Shown piece after piece: positions 9,260-20,130 of a stretch of DNA of 64,000 nucleotides. Source of the stretch: an uncultured Alphaproteobacteria bacterium (GTDB lineage Bacteria; Pseudomonadota; Alphaproteobacteria; Rhodobacterales; Rhodobacteraceae); assembly GCA_902611605.1 (NCBI GenBank), contig CACMAH010000005.1:29156-93155 (forward strand), in the 5' to 3' direction. The notes under the pieces were generated by a model, which had not been told where the DNA came from, ran no database searches, and was given only the letters and a program-made list of their open reading frames with translations. A program made the translations under genes and the position numbers. Position 1 is the first letter of the stretch. Each line of letters starts with the position of its first letter.

Positions 9260-12200
9260 TTAAGCAACAACTAATTTCTCAGCTTTATCTAAATCAACGC
9301 TTACGAGCTGGCTAACCCCTTTTTCTGCCATAGTTACACCATAAAGTCGATTCATTTTAGACATTGTAATGGGATTATGAGTAATGATTATAAATCTGGT
9401 GTCAGTTCTAGAATTCATATTGTTTAGTAGATTACAAAATCTAACAATATTTGCATCATCCAGTGGTGCGTCTACTTCATCCAAGACGCAAATTGGACTT
9501 GGTTTTACCATAAATACTGCAAAAATTAATGAAATAGCAGCAAGAGTTTGTTCTCCACCCGAAAGTAATGCTAAGTTGGATAATTTTTTCCCCGGAGGTT
9601 GACACATGATTTCAAGTCCAGCCTCTAAGGGATCATCACTTTCAACAAGTAATAAATTACTTTGTCCACCACCAAATAAATTATTAAACAAAGTTTTAAA
9701 ATTTTTATTCACATCATCAAATGCTTTTAAGAGCTTTTCTCTTCCTTCTTTATTTAAATTAGAGATCGCATTTCTAAGTTTTTTTACGGCGCCCTCAAGA
9801 TCTTCTTTTTGGTTAAGTAATTCTGAATATTCAGCATTAATCTCTTTTTCATCTTCTTCAGCTCTTAAATTAACGGGTCCTATAAAATTTCTTTTTCTTG
9901 TTAGCTGATCCAAATTTTTTTCAATTATATCAATTGAAAGCTTGTTAGTCAGCTGGTCGATATATTTATCTTGAAAATCCTTAGGACTGTGTCCAGTTCC
10001 TGCCTCTAAAAGACTCGCAAGTTCATTTAGATTATCTTTTGTAGTCTCAATAGAAACTTCAGCTCTTACATACTTTTCTTTTAAATCCTCGGCAATCTTG
10101 AAAGCTTCTTTTTCTTTAAATAATGCATCTCGTAGTTTCTTCTCTGCATTTACCAACGCATCAGTTGAAATGCTACATTTCTTTTCAGCTTCAGTAATTT
10201 TTTTATTAAGATTTAAAATGTCATTTTCTATTTTTTCTGGCTCTAATTGTGCAGTTTCTAAAAATAATTCAAGTTCATTTTTTCTTGACAAAATATTATC
10301 TTGTCGATCAACTGATCTTTTTTTTCTGATTGACCAATCTTCTAATTCTTTATCAAGCTGAACTAATCTATTTTTATAAAAGTTAAATTGAGACATTAAA
10401 TCTTCAAGAACCAACCTTCTATCAAGATTTTTATTCCTAAAATCCTCTAATTTTTTTTTCTTTAAATTAATATTTTTTTCTTCTTCTTGATAATCAATCT
10501 CTTGATTGTCTAAATTTTTAATTTCTTCAATATTTTTAATTAGTTTATTGTAATCCTCATTAAGATTAAGGTAGTTATTATCCAAACTCTCAATTTGAGC
10601 ACTATTAATTTCAAATTCTGCTTCCAATTTGCTTAGATTTGTTTTTAGTTCATTTAATCTTTTTTCCTTAGAAATATACTCTTTTTTTAAATTATCTCGT
10701 TCCTCAATTTTTTGTTTAAAAACCAGTTCTTGATTCGTTTTATGTTCAGACTGGATAAATACTTTTTTTTCAATTTCTTTTAGTAAAACTTTTAAATTTT
10801 GTAATCTATTTAAATTTTTGACTTTTTGTGTATTGCTTGTATTTACGTCAGCGGATGTTGTTGAAAAACCGTCCCATCTCCAAAAATCTCCATCCATTGA
10901 TACTAACGACTGACCATTTTCTAACTTCGAGTGAAGTAAATAACCATCTTTTGAATTTACAATACCAACATTTTTTAACCTTTTATTTAACTCTAAAGGA
11001 TGTTTAACTAGATCAGCTAAAACTTTTACACCTTTAGGAAATGAATAAGATTGTTTTTCATTTTCACTATAATGCCATCCACTTTTTCTGTCAGAGGACT
11101 GTGGCGGATAGTTTAAATCGTCATTCAAAATAACACTAAATACAATTTCAAAATCTTTTGATATTTCAATTTGATTTATAATGGCATCTTCAAAAATTTC
11201 TTGCTCACTCAAAAATTCTTCTAAAGTTTTTATTTCAGATTTAATAGCTAATAATTTACTTCTTTCTTCAGATAGTTTTTCTTCAAAATTAAGTAAATCT
11301 GCTCTCAAAGTCTGAACTTCATCTTCTGTTTTATCAAGCATTGAAGATTTTTTATCTATTGCCTTTTCAGATAATTCTAATTCATTCCCAATATTAATTA
11401 ACTCATTGGCAATTTCTTCCTTTCGAAGATTTACTTTAGATTTATCATCTTTAACTTTGGTAATTTTCTCTTCAACTTGTTTTAAACTTTTATTATTTAC
11501 TTCAAAATTTGTTTCAAGATTATTTTTTTTTGCTAAAGAAGCTGCGAAATTATTAGCCTCAACTTCATATTCTTTCTCGATTTTGTTAAAATCAATAATC
11601 GATAAATCTAAATCTTCTTTTGTACTTTTTATTTTGTTGGTTAAATCACTTTGAGTATTCAAAATGCTGTTTTTTTCATTTGCTGATTTTTTGAGAACAC
11701 TTTCTGCATCAAGAATTAATTCATTTTCTCTTATATAATCATTTTCTAATTCCGAAATTCTTTGATTTAACTCATTAACTCTTGATAAGGCATTTTTATG
11801 CTTTTCATCGATATTTGTTTTTTTAGACTTTAATTGATTTGTAGCTATTTGGTCTGCAGCTTGCTGCTCTCTTATTTTTGGTAGTAAGTTTTCTTTTTGT
11901 TCTTTTACTTCTATTAAATTTCTTAGAATTTTTTCATGATCAGTTCTTTTTTTGAGAATATTATCTAACTCGTTTTTAGAGTTATTAAACTCTGAATGTT
12001 TATTTTCCCAACGAACAAATAAAAGTAGTGATTCTTGTTTTCTAATTTTTTCACCCAATAAACGGTAATCTTCTGCTTGCTTGGCTTGTTTTTTTAATGC
12101 TTTCAGTTGTTCTTCTAATTTTGAAAGAATATCATTAATCCTTTCCAAATTATTTTCGGAAGCATTAAGCTTTAATTCTGATTCATGTCTTCTGTGATAG

Positions 12201-12718
12201 AGACCAGATATTCCTGCTGCCTCTTCTAAAATTCTTTTACGAGATTTAGGGTTTTCATTTATTAGATTTGAAATTTGACCCTGCCTTACTAGAGAAGGAG
12301 AATTAGAACCCGAAGAATAATCTGCAAAAAGCAATCTTACCTCTCTAGCAAGTATCTCTTTTCCTTCTACTTTATAAGTAGACCCAGATTCAAAATTTAT
12401 TCTTCTAACAATTTCAATAGTACTTTCACTTGTATTGATAGGTAAGATATCTGAATCAAAATTTTCAATTTGTAAATTTACTTCAGCATAAGATCTTGCA
12501 GGTCTCAAACTAGTCCCACCAAATATAACGTCATCCATTCCATCCCCTCGCATGGAGGTTGGCCTGTTTTCTCCCATAACCCATCTTAAAGCATCTAATA
12601 AATTTGATTTACCACATCCATTAGGACCTACTACTCCTGTAAGTCCTGGCAGTATCTCAAATTCAGTTGGATCTACAAAACTTTTAAAACCATTCAGTCG
12701 TAATTTAGTGATATTCAA
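9260..12718 (-). CDS. smc: chromosome segregation protein SMC
   Basis: Has Walker A GPNGCGKSN, a long K/E-rich coiled coil, signature LSGGEQTLAAISL and Walker B CVLDEVDAPLD. The track ORF extends to 12784, but its first 22 aa are hydrophobic junk. A TTG at 12716-12718 gives the canonical MNITKLRLNGFKSF N-terminus. Confidence 0.9.
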   Translation of the reverse strand: MNITKLRLNGFKSFVDPTEFEILPGLTGVVGPNGCGKSNLLDALRWVMGENRPTSMRGDGMDDVIFGGTSLRPARSYAEVNLQIENFDSDILPINTSESTIEIVRRINFESGSTYKVEGKEILAREVRLLFADYSSGSNSPSLVRQGQISNLINENPKSRKRILEEAAGISGLYHRRHESELKLNASENNLERINDILSKLEEQLKALKKQAKQAEDYRLLGEKIRKQESLLLFVRWENKHSEFNNSKNELDNILKKRTDHEKILRNLIEVKEQKENLLPKIREQQAADQIATNQLKSKKTNIDEKHKNALSRVNELNQRISELENDYIRENELILDAESVLKKSANEKNSILNTQSDLTNKIKSTKEDLDLSIIDFNKIEKEYEVEANNFAASLAKKNNLETNFEVNNKSLKQVEEKITKVKDDKSKVNLRKEEIANELINIGNELELSEKAIDKKSSMLDKTEDEVQTLRADLLNFEEKLSEERSKLLAIKSEIKTLEEFLSEQEIFEDAIINQIEISKDFEIVFSVILNDDLNYPPQSSDRKSGWHYSENEKQSYSFPKGVKVLADLVKHPLELNKRLKNVGIVNSKDGYLLHSKLENGQSLVSMDGDFWRWDGFSTTSADVNTSNTQKVKNLNRLQNLKVLLKEIEKKVFIQSEHKTNQELVFKQKIEERDNLKKEYISKEKRLNELKTNLSKLEAEFEINSAQIESLDNNYLNLNEDYNKLIKNIEEIKNLDNQEIDYQEEEKNINLKKKKLEDFRNKNLDRRLVLEDLMSQFNFYKNRLVQLDKELEDWSIRKKRSVDRQDNILSRKNELELFLETAQLEPEKIENDILNLNKKITEAEKKCSISTDALVNAEKKLRDALFKEKEAFKIAEDLKEKYVRAEVSIETTKDNLNELASLLEAGTGHSPKDFQDKYIDQLTNKLSIDIIEKNLDQLTRKRNFIGPVNLRAEEDEKEINAEYSELLNQKEDLEGAVKKLRNAISNLNKEGREKLLKAFDDVNKNFKTLFNNLFGGGQSNLLLVESDDPLEAGLEIMCQPPGKKLSNLALLSGGEQTLAAISLIFAVFMVKPSPICVLDEVDAPLDDANIVRFCNLLNNMNSRTDTRFIIITHNPITMSKMNRLYGVTMAEKGVSQLVSVDLDKAEKLVVA

Positions 12719-12802
12719 ACTAATTAACCTTAATGAAAAACAGATGTACACACAATATATTGATAAATAATAAATTTCAATCAAAGATGTAGTAAGCAGT
12801 CA

Positions 12803-14815
12803 TTAAAACTTATGCCCAAAATTTTTTCTTGCACGATCAAAGTTTATAATATTATCACCAAGTTTATGTCGATAAATTAAATCATTTGATAGCACTCTTT
12901 TAACATAGTTTCTAGTCTCATAATAAGGGATCATCTCAATCCAAATCAAAGGATCAACTCCAAATTTTCTAGGATCACCATAATTATTCAGCCATCTATT
13001 TATTGTACCTGGTCCAGCATTATATGCTGCAGTACTCAATACTATTGAACCTTTGAATTTCTTTAGAAGTTTATTAAAATAAAAAGACCCAATTTTGATG
13101 TTATAAATTTCATCTGAAGAAAGGCTGTTTTTATTGTATTTAATTCCTAAATCACTGGCTACTTGTTTTGCGGTGTCCGGCATAACTTGCATTAACCCTA
13201 AAGCACCTGTTCTAGAAATTGCACTACTATAAAATCCACTTTCCTGCCTAATAATCGAGTAAACAAGCTGTAAATTATCAATTTGGTTTGTATCTAAATT
13301 ATTTATTAAAGGGAAAGAGTATTTAAGAATTAAATCACTTTTGATTTTGAATTTGTTTGTTATAGCAATGATCCCTGAAAGATTACTAATTCTGTCTAAG
13401 AACACTAGTAAACATTTTCTTTCTTCATCTAATAAAGTTTCAGCGGCATGTTTGAAAAACCGTACTCCCAATACTAATCTATCAGCATCTAATAATTTCT
13501 TACCCAAATTTATTATTGAATTTTCCAATAGATTTACTTTTTTGCAATCATACTTCATATCTCCAATTTTTGATAAATCTAGAGAATTTTTATTAATTCT
13601 TTCAGCCGAAAGTTGTCCATAGAATGTACTAATATATATGGATCCTTTCTTATAATAATCTTGTGCCTCATTAATTCTTTTTAGCTTTTCAAGTGATCTA
13701 GCATACCAATAATAATTTTTGCTTAAGAAATTTTTATTGGTAACTAAATCTAAGATATTTGAAAAATGTTTTATAGCAACTTCTGGCTTTTTTAAAAAAT
13801 TGAGAGCAATGAAACCAGAAAGCCATTCAAGTTCCACATATCCCTGTTTAGACTCTTTAAAGTCATCATTTACAAAAAACTCGTTACTTATTAAATGATT
13901 ACTACTAATTTTATAAGCTTTCATCAAATTACCGATACGAAGCTCTCTTCTAGCATGATAAATTCTCAATTCTGACCACTTATATGATAATCCCAATTTC
14001 ACGGGATTATTGGATAAATTAAAAATTATACTAGAAACTTTTTTATATTTTCTTTTTGATTGAAGATAATTTGCATAATCAAAAAGAACTCCTGGATCCT
14101 TGATGTTGAATATTTTGAGTGAATCAATTTTATCTTTACTTTTTGTAAGTTTTTGAAGTCTTACTCTTTGTTCTGCAATAAAAAAATCAGAAGCAGTCAT
14201 TATTTTTTTAAGTTGATTAACAGAAGATAAATCTCTGTTCCAAAGTAAATTATTTAATCTTTTATTATTATTAATTGAAATTACATTTTTAAAATTTTTT
14301 ATCATAAGTTGAAAATTTTTTTCATCAAATTTTTGGTCCAACCAGCTAATTGCAGCTATTTTCTCTGCTTGCTTTATATCCCCAACCTTTAAATGAGCTA
14401 AAGATAGCATCGTTGAACCATGGCCAGTTAAAGGAAAATTATTTTTAAATAAATCAATTATAAGTTTTGGATCTTCATCCAAAGTGATTTTTTTTTCGGC
14501 TTGCTTTATAAGATAAGGCATGCCAGGCCATTCTGATTTAGTTTCTATAAAATTAATATAATCTGAGAAAATTGCATCCCCAGCTCTTAATCTTAACCAA
14601 TTAGTTAGATCAATTGCTAAATTACTGTTACTGTTTTTTGCATATATGTAAGCCTTATCCCAAATTTGTGCATCAGAGTATTTTAAAGCTTCTTTAAAAT
14701 TTTCTATCTCAAATTGTTCAGCATTTATTTTCTTATTTATAAATATTACTTCTTGTATAAAGAAAAATACAGAAGATATAATAATATAAAATAAATATCT
14801 AACTAAGATTTTCAC
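12803..14815 (-). CDS. slt: soluble lytic murein transglycosylase (Slt70-like)
   Basis: 670 aa with an N-terminal signal/anchor and a long helical-repeat region. The C-terminal SLT catalytic block is IIRQESGFYSSAISRTGALGLMQVMP...AAYNAGPG. Confidence 0.8.
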   Translation of the reverse strand: MKILVRYLFYIIISSVFFFIQEVIFINKKINAEQFEIENFKEALKYSDAQIWDKAYIYAKNSNSNLAIDLTNWLRLRAGDAIFSDYINFIETKSEWPGMPYLIKQAEKKITLDEDPKLIIDLFKNNFPLTGHGSTMLSLAHLKVGDIKQAEKIAAISWLDQKFDEKNFQLMIKNFKNVISINNNKRLNNLLWNRDLSSVNQLKKIMTASDFFIAEQRVRLQKLTKSKDKIDSLKIFNIKDPGVLFDYANYLQSKRKYKKVSSIIFNLSNNPVKLGLSYKWSELRIYHARRELRIGNLMKAYKISSNHLISNEFFVNDDFKESKQGYVELEWLSGFIALNFLKKPEVAIKHFSNILDLVTNKNFLSKNYYWYARSLEKLKRINEAQDYYKKGSIYISTFYGQLSAERINKNSLDLSKIGDMKYDCKKVNLLENSIINLGKKLLDADRLVLGVRFFKHAAETLLDEERKCLLVFLDRISNLSGIIAITNKFKIKSDLILKYSFPLINNLDTNQIDNLQLVYSIIRQESGFYSSAISRTGALGLMQVMPDTAKQVASDLGIKYNKNSLSSDEIYNIKIGSFYFNKLLKKFKGSIVLSTAAYNAGPGTINRWLNNYGDPRKFGVDPLIWIEMIPYYETRNYVKRVLSNDLIYRHKLGDNIINFDRARKNFGHKF

Positions 14816-14940
14816 TAATTTTTACCTTTAATTAAAAGATCGTTTTTTTATGTATTTATTTAATTCAAAATATACGATTTAACATAATAAAATGATGTGC
14901 TAATATTGTGAATAAAAATTATTAATCTAAGGACTTTATT

Positions 14941-15816
14941 ATGATAAAAGGATCGATTCCTGCACTTATAACTCCTTTTAAAAATGGGGAAATCGATAAA
15001 AATGCTCTTGAGGATCTTGTTGAGTGGCAAATTGAAGAGGGAAGCAACGGATTAGTTGCAGTTGGAACGACTGGAGAAAGTCCAACCTTAAGTCATGAAG
15101 AACACCAAGAAGTCATAGAAATAATAGTAAAAAAATCAAAAGGAAGAGTACCTGTTATTGCAGGGGCAGGTTCTAATAACACTAGAGAATCTGTAGACCT
15201 TATGAAGTTTGCAAAAAAGGTAGGGGCAGATGCAGCCTTAATTGTTACACCTTATTATAATAAACCCAATCAAAAAGGACTATATCTACACTTTAGTAGT
15301 CTTAATGATTGTTGTGATTTACCAATTATTATTTATAATATTCCTGGAAGATCAATTGTTGATATGGATTTATTAACCTTATCATCACTTTCAAAATTAA
15401 AAAATATAATTGGAATTAAAGATGCAACTGGTGATGTGAGTAGAGTATCAGATACCAGAAAATACTGTGGTGAAAATTTTATTCAATTATCTGGTGAAGA
15501 TGCATCTGCGCTCGGTTTTAACGCACATGGTGGCGTAGGATGTATATCTGTAATAGCAAATGCTGCACCTAAATTATCAGCTGAATTCCAAAAAGCTATG
15601 CTTGAGGGTAACTATAAAAAAGCTCTTATATTACAAGATAAATTGCTACCACTTCACAGAGCTACTTTTCTAGAACCAAGCCCCGCACCAATAAAATATG
15701 CGCTAAATAAATTAGGAAAATGTGTTAATGAACTGCGAGCACCTTTGGTAACAGTAAATGAAAATACTCAAAAAATCATGGATAATGCATTAAGACATGC
15801 AGAATTATTAAATTAA
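14941..15816 (+). CDS. dapA: 4-hydroxy-tetrahydrodipicolinate synthase
   Basis: 291 aa with [14 protein letters not shown], the YNKP motif and the Schiff-base Lys context IIGIKDATG. Confidence 0.92.
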   Translation: MIKGSIPALITPFKNGEIDKNALEDLVEWQIEEGSNGLVAVGTTGESPTLSHEEHQEVIEIIVKKSKGRVPVIAGAGSNNTRESVDLMKFAKKVGADAALIVTPYYNKPNQKGLYLHFSSLNDCCDLPIIIYNIPGRSIVDMDLLTLSSLSKLKNIIGIKDATGDVSRVSDTRKYCGENFIQLSGEDASALGFNAHGGVGCISVIANAAPKLSAEFQKAMLEGNYKKALILQDKLLPLHRATFLEPSPAPIKYALNKLGKCVNELRAPLVTVNENTQKIMDNALRHAELLN

Positions 15817-15819
15817 TAT

Positions 15820-16296
15820 ATGCAGAAATTAGTGAACCTAAAAAATCAGAAATTAATCGCTGATAACAAAAAAGCACGTTATAATTATTTTATAGAAGAA
15901 GAAATTGAATGTGGCATCGTTCTGGAGGGCTCTGAAGTAAAAAGTATGCGTAATGGTAGAGTAAGTATTCTAGAAAGTTACGCAAATATTGAACAACAGC
16001 AGCTCTGGCTAATAAATTGTCATGTTCCAAATTATGAAAATGCTAAAACATTTAACCATGTAGAAAGAAGAAGAAGGAAATTACTTGTTAAAAAAAGAGA
16101 ATTATTAAAGTTAATAAAAAATAAAGGACGTGAAGGTATGACTCTAGTACCTTTAAAACTATATTTTAATGAAGCAGGAATTGCCAAAATACTAATTGGA
16201 ATTGGCAAAGGTAAAAAAAATGTAGATAAAAGAGAAACAGAAAAGAAAAGGGATTGGAATATTCAAAAAGGTCGTCTTTTAAGAAATAAACATTAG
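15820..16296 (+). CDS. smpB: SsrA-binding protein
   Basis: 158 aa with NKKARYNYFIEE..ECGIVLEGSEVKS and a basic C-terminal tail. No tmRNA gene was seen nearby. Confidence 0.92.
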   Translation: MQKLVNLKNQKLIADNKKARYNYFIEEEIECGIVLEGSEVKSMRNGRVSILESYANIEQQQLWLINCHVPNYENAKTFNHVERRRRKLLVKKRELLKLIKNKGREGMTLVPLKLYFNEAGIAKILIGIGKGKKNVDKRETEKKRDWNIQKGRLLRNKH

Positions 16297-16355
16297 CTCA
16301 TCTGAAATTATGTTTAGAAAATACAAATAAATAAAGTACTTAAATTTAAATAAAA

Positions 16356-16988
16356 TTATACGTTTTCTTTCTTTTGGAGTAAAACAATTAAAAATCTAAA
16401 TGGTATTAACGAAATAGTGATTAAAGAAAGCTTTACTAGAAAATCTGCAAAAGCAAGTGACACCCATAATGGGGATATTCCAAACATACCCAGTATAGGA
16501 ACTTTCTCTACAGCCCAAGAAACATCATTCGAAGGTTCCAAAAAAATAAAAAAACCAGAAAACGCAACAAAAAAGAAAATAAGGGTATCTAATGAAGAAC
16601 CTACTATTGAAGATATTAATGGTGCTTTCCACCATCTTTCCTGTCTTAAATAATTAAAAATTGAAATATCTAATAAATGAGAAATTATAAAAGCTGTTGC
16701 AGATCCTAATGCTATTCTAAAAGTTACTAATGGTCCAAATTCACCTTGCAGTTGAGTCCCAACTAGTGAGCAAAATATACCTATAATAAAGCCAAATAAA
16801 ACAACCTTTCTTGCTGCGGATAGACCGTAGAGGCGATTTGTAATATCAGTTACAAGAAAAGCAAATGGATAGGTCAATGCTCCCCATGTTAACCAGTTAC
16901 CCAATAAAAACTGGACTAGTATATTTGATACTAAAACTATAATTGACATTGTCATTATAGGTACAACTAAAGATTTTAAATTCATCAT
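16356..16988 (-). CDS. queuosine precursor transporter (YhhQ/DUF165 family)
   Basis: 210 aa polytopic membrane protein. The block YPFAFLVTDITNRLYG matches the conserved YhhQ-family motif as I recall it. Confidence 0.7.
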   Translation of the reverse strand: MMNLKSLVVPIMTMSIIVLVSNILVQFLLGNWLTWGALTYPFAFLVTDITNRLYGLSAARKVVLFGFIIGIFCSLVGTQLQGEFGPLVTFRIALGSATAFIISHLLDISIFNYLRQERWWKAPLISSIVGSSLDTLIFFFVAFSGFFIFLEPSNDVSWAVEKVPILGMFGISPLWVSLAFADFLVKLSLITISLIPFRFLIVLLQKKENV

Positions 16989-17010
16989 GAATATTTTTAA
17001 AAAATTGAAT

Positions 17011-17955
17011 TTATAATTTAATTTTTGAAATCACTTTATCCCAAACTTTTGAAGCAAAATTTTTATTTTCAAACCTCTCTAATTCCTGCAGACCAGTAGG
17101 TGATGTAACATTGATTTCAGTCAATTTTCCTCCAATGACATCTATACCTACAAAAATTTGTCCATTTTTTCTTAAATTGTCCCCAATTTCATTACAAATA
17201 TTTATTTCGTCAACAGATAATTCTGTCGCAGCAGCTTTCCCTCCAACATGCATATTAGATCTAATCTCACCTTTTTTGGGTATTCTATTAATAGCTCCTA
17301 AAATTTCACCATCTAAAAGAATAATTCTTTTGTCACCTTTACTTACTTCAGGTATAAACTCTTGGGCTATTAAGGGTTCGGAGGAATTCATTAGAAAAAG
17401 TTCCATTAAAGAAACAAAATTTTTGTCATCATTGTCTAATTTAAAAACACCAGCTCCACCGTTTCCGTACAATGGTTTCAAAATAATTTCACCATATTGT
17501 TCCCTAAATTTCTGTATTACATCTATTTTACTGCTAATTATAGTTGCAGGCATTAAGTGCGAATAGTTGAGTACTAATAATTTTTCTGGAAAATTCCTAA
17601 CCCAAAAAGGATTATTAACTATAAGTGTTTTATTTCCTACAAAATCTAAGAGATATGTAGATGTCAAATAATTCATATTAAATGGAGGATCTTGTCTTAA
17701 CCATAGGACGTCTAAGTCATTTATAATATCAATGGTTTTATTATCTATGATAGAAAAGGGTGGTTTGTCATTCCTATTCAATTTAACAAAATTACCTTTT
17801 GCAAAAATTTTGTTTTTACTATAAATCAATTCATCAGGAAGATAGTGAAAAACTGAATATCCTCTATTCTGTGCTTCTTCAGCAAGACGAAAAGATGTAT
17901 CTGATAAAGGATCTATATTTTCCAGGGGATCCATTTGAAAACCAACTCTTAGCAT
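17011..17955 (-). CDS. gshB: glutathione synthetase
   Basis: ATP-grasp protein with the GshB N-terminal pattern FQMDPLENI and an ATP-grasp C-terminal half (ILKPLYGNGGAGVF, EINVTSPTG). The likely start is the second Met (MLRVGFQMDP, 17955) rather than the track start at 17967. Confidence 0.88.
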   Translation of the reverse strand: MLRVGFQMDPLENIDPLSDTSFRLAEEAQNRGYSVFHYLPDELIYSKNKIFAKGNFVKLNRNDKPPFSIIDNKTIDIINDLDVLWLRQDPPFNMNYLTSTYLLDFVGNKTLIVNNPFWVRNFPEKLLVLNYSHLMPATIISSKIDVIQKFREQYGEIILKPLYGNGGAGVFKLDNDDKNFVSLMELFLMNSSEPLIAQEFIPEVSKGDKRIILLDGEILGAINRIPKKGEIRSNMHVGGKAAATELSVDEINICNEIGDNLRKNGQIFVGIDVIGGKLTEINVTSPTGLQELERFENKNFASKVWDKVISKIKL

Positions 17956-17976
17956 TAAAAACTCCAAAAACGTTAT

Positions 17977-18837
17977 TCAATTATTTAATATCTTCAAACC
18001 AAGATTATAAACCTCTTTTTTAGATAATGAGTATTTTTTAGAGACAATAGCAACAGAATCCCTAAAAGTATTTTTCTTTAATAAATAAATTAGATCGGAT
18101 TTTATTAAATTTAAATCAGTCTTAATATTTTCTTTTCTGTTAACAACTACAGTAAATTCACCTCTTAAATTATTTTCTTTCCTTAAAATTTTAATAATTG
18201 AATCAATTGTTCCACGTTTGTTTTCTTCAAAATTTTTAGTTAGTTCTCTGCAAACGACAATTTGATGAGAATTACCAAAAATATTTCCCAAATCTTCTAA
18301 GGTATTTAATATCCTTTTTGGACTTTCAAAAAAAATTAAAGTAGAAGGAACTGATAACAAATCGTTGAAAAAATTAATCCTTTGATTTTTTTTCACTGGT
18401 GGAAAACCTCCAAAAAAGAACTTGTCAGATGGTAACCCTGACTGACAAAGAGCTACTATAACAGAACAAGCTCCTGGTATACATATTACTTTGTAACCAT
18501 CTCTTATAACTTGTCTAACTAGTTTGTATCCAGGATCAGAAATTAATGGTGTTCCAGAATCACAACATAAGGCAATCGATTTATTTTGTTCTAGTTCAAG
18601 AATGTATTTTGATCTTACCTCATCACCTGAATTATCATTATATGAACTTATATTTCTTCCATTTAAATCAATATCCATAATGTTCATTAATTTTCTTAAG
18701 ACCCTAGTATCTTCAGCTAATAAAACATTTACGTTTTGTAATACGTTAATTGCTCTAAACGTTAAATCAGAAAGTGTTCCGATTGGAGTAGAGATCAGGT
18801 ATAAAGCAGGTTCTAATTTAGGAAAATTTATTTTCAA
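17977..18837 (-). CDS. rsmI: 16S rRNA (cytidine1402-2'-O)-methyltransferase
   Basis: 286 aa tetrapyrrole-methylase fold with LYLISTPIGTLSDLTFRAINVL...LLAEDTR. It is divergent from an LpoA-like gene, as in the E. coli rsmI/lpoA arrangement. Confidence 0.88.
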   Translation of the reverse strand: MKINFPKLEPALYLISTPIGTLSDLTFRAINVLQNVNVLLAEDTRVLRKLMNIMDIDLNGRNISSYNDNSGDEVRSKYILELEQNKSIALCCDSGTPLISDPGYKLVRQVIRDGYKVICIPGACSVIVALCQSGLPSDKFFFGGFPPVKKNQRINFFNDLLSVPSTLIFFESPKRILNTLEDLGNIFGNSHQIVVCRELTKNFEENKRGTIDSIIKILRKENNLRGEFTVVVNRKENIKTDLNLIKSDLIYLLKKNTFRDSVAIVSKKYSLSKKEVYNLGLKILNN

Positions 18838-18941
18838 TTTTTATAATCCTGAAGAATTTAAATATTTTTATTTATTTTATTCTATAGTACAAAAATCATG
18901 AGAACTAAGAATTTATTTTATTTATAAACTGACTATAAACT

Positions 18942-20120
18942 ATGACAAAGATTAGCGGCCAAAGAAAGAACTACTTTTATATTATTTATTTAATATTTGT
19001 TACTATTTTAGTCGGATGCGTTTCAAATATTGAAGAAAATTATAATTATAATGGCGTGACTGACACAAAAAGTAAAATTGGACTACTACTACCTGTTGGG
19101 TCTAAAAATAGAGACTTATCATATTTAGGTAAAAGTTTAAGAGATGCTGCATTATTAGCTAAAGAAGATTTAGTAGATAGTTCATTTGAAATTAAAACTT
19201 ATGATACTTTAGGTAAAAGTAAGGAAGGTTTAATTGCCTTTAAACAAGCCTTAGAAGAAAAAAATGATATAGTAATAGGACCATTTGTTCCTATTATTGC
19301 GAAAGCAATTTCAAACAATTTTCCTTTTAATAATTTGAAAGTTATAACTTTGTCCAATGATCCATCGATTAGTGGTACAAATTTTTTATTATTAGGAGAT
19401 ACTATTACAAATAGAGCTAATAATCTTATTAAGTTTGCTATCAATGATAATAAGTATCGATTTGCATTAATCAATCAAACTAAAAAACATAATAATGAAG
19501 TAATGAAAATACTTATTAATAAGATCAATATGAATAGAGGAGTAGTGACTTTTTCTGAAAATTATTCTGAAGACATAAGTGAAATATCTTATAAAGCTAA
19601 AACTATTAAACAAAAATTAAAAAGCACCAATACTGACGTTATTATTTTTACAGGAACACCTGATCAACGAATGAAACATTTAGCAGCTGAACTTGCTGAT
19701 ATTACAAAAAGCAAAACAGAAACAGGTGTTCAAATCATGGGTTTATCAAGTTGGAATAATTCTACTTCTATACTTTCTGAACCTGCATTCCAACATTCAT
19801 GGTTTACCATGCCAGATTATAGATTTCGAAAATTTTATGAAAACAAATTTATAAAAAAATTTGGATATAGACCGCATCCAAAATCTAACCTTACATATGA
19901 TGCTATTGCTGCTTTGGGAGTTTTAGAGAAAAATTTAAAAAATAAGAATATCAATCATTCAAACAAATTCGATGGTCTATTTAATTCAAGTGGATTTATA
20001 GGAATTGATGGAATTTTTAGATTTAATTATGATAGAATTGCAGAAAAAGAATTATCTGTCATTCAGATAACTAATGGTCAACCAAAAGTACTAAAACAAG
20101 CAAGAAATAGTTTTCCATAA
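18942..20120 (+). CDS. penicillin-binding protein activator-like lipoprotein (LpoA/LppC-like periplasmic-binding fold)
   Basis: 392 aa with lipobox LVGC. The periplasmic binding-protein-like body shows alternating beta-alpha segments (IGLLLP, IVIGPF). Its position divergent from rsmI supports the call; the assignment rests mainly on synteny. Confidence 0.6.
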   Translation: MTKISGQRKNYFYIIYLIFVTILVGCVSNIEENYNYNGVTDTKSKIGLLLPVGSKNRDLSYLGKSLRDAALLAKEDLVDSSFEIKTYDTLGKSKEGLIAFKQALEEKNDIVIGPFVPIIAKAISNNFPFNNLKVITLSNDPSISGTNFLLLGDTITNRANNLIKFAINDNKYRFALINQTKKHNNEVMKILINKINMNRGVVTFSENYSEDISEISYKAKTIKQKLKSTNTDVIIFTGTPDQRMKHLAAELADITKSKTETGVQIMGLSSWNNSTSILSEPAFQHSWFTMPDYRFRKFYENKFIKKFGYRPHPKSNLTYDAIAALGVLEKNLKNKNINHSNKFDGLFNSSGFIGIDGIFRFNYDRIAEKELSVIQITNGQPKVLKQARNSFP

Positions 20121-20130
20121 GTGATTAAAA

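Noticed and set aside
9260-12784. Highly repetitive-looking K/E/N/L-rich sequence, checked for CRISPR-like or tandem DNA repeats.
   Set aside because: It is the coiled-coil region of SMC. The periodicity is at the amino-acid heptad level, and there are no regularly spaced identical DNA repeats or spacers.
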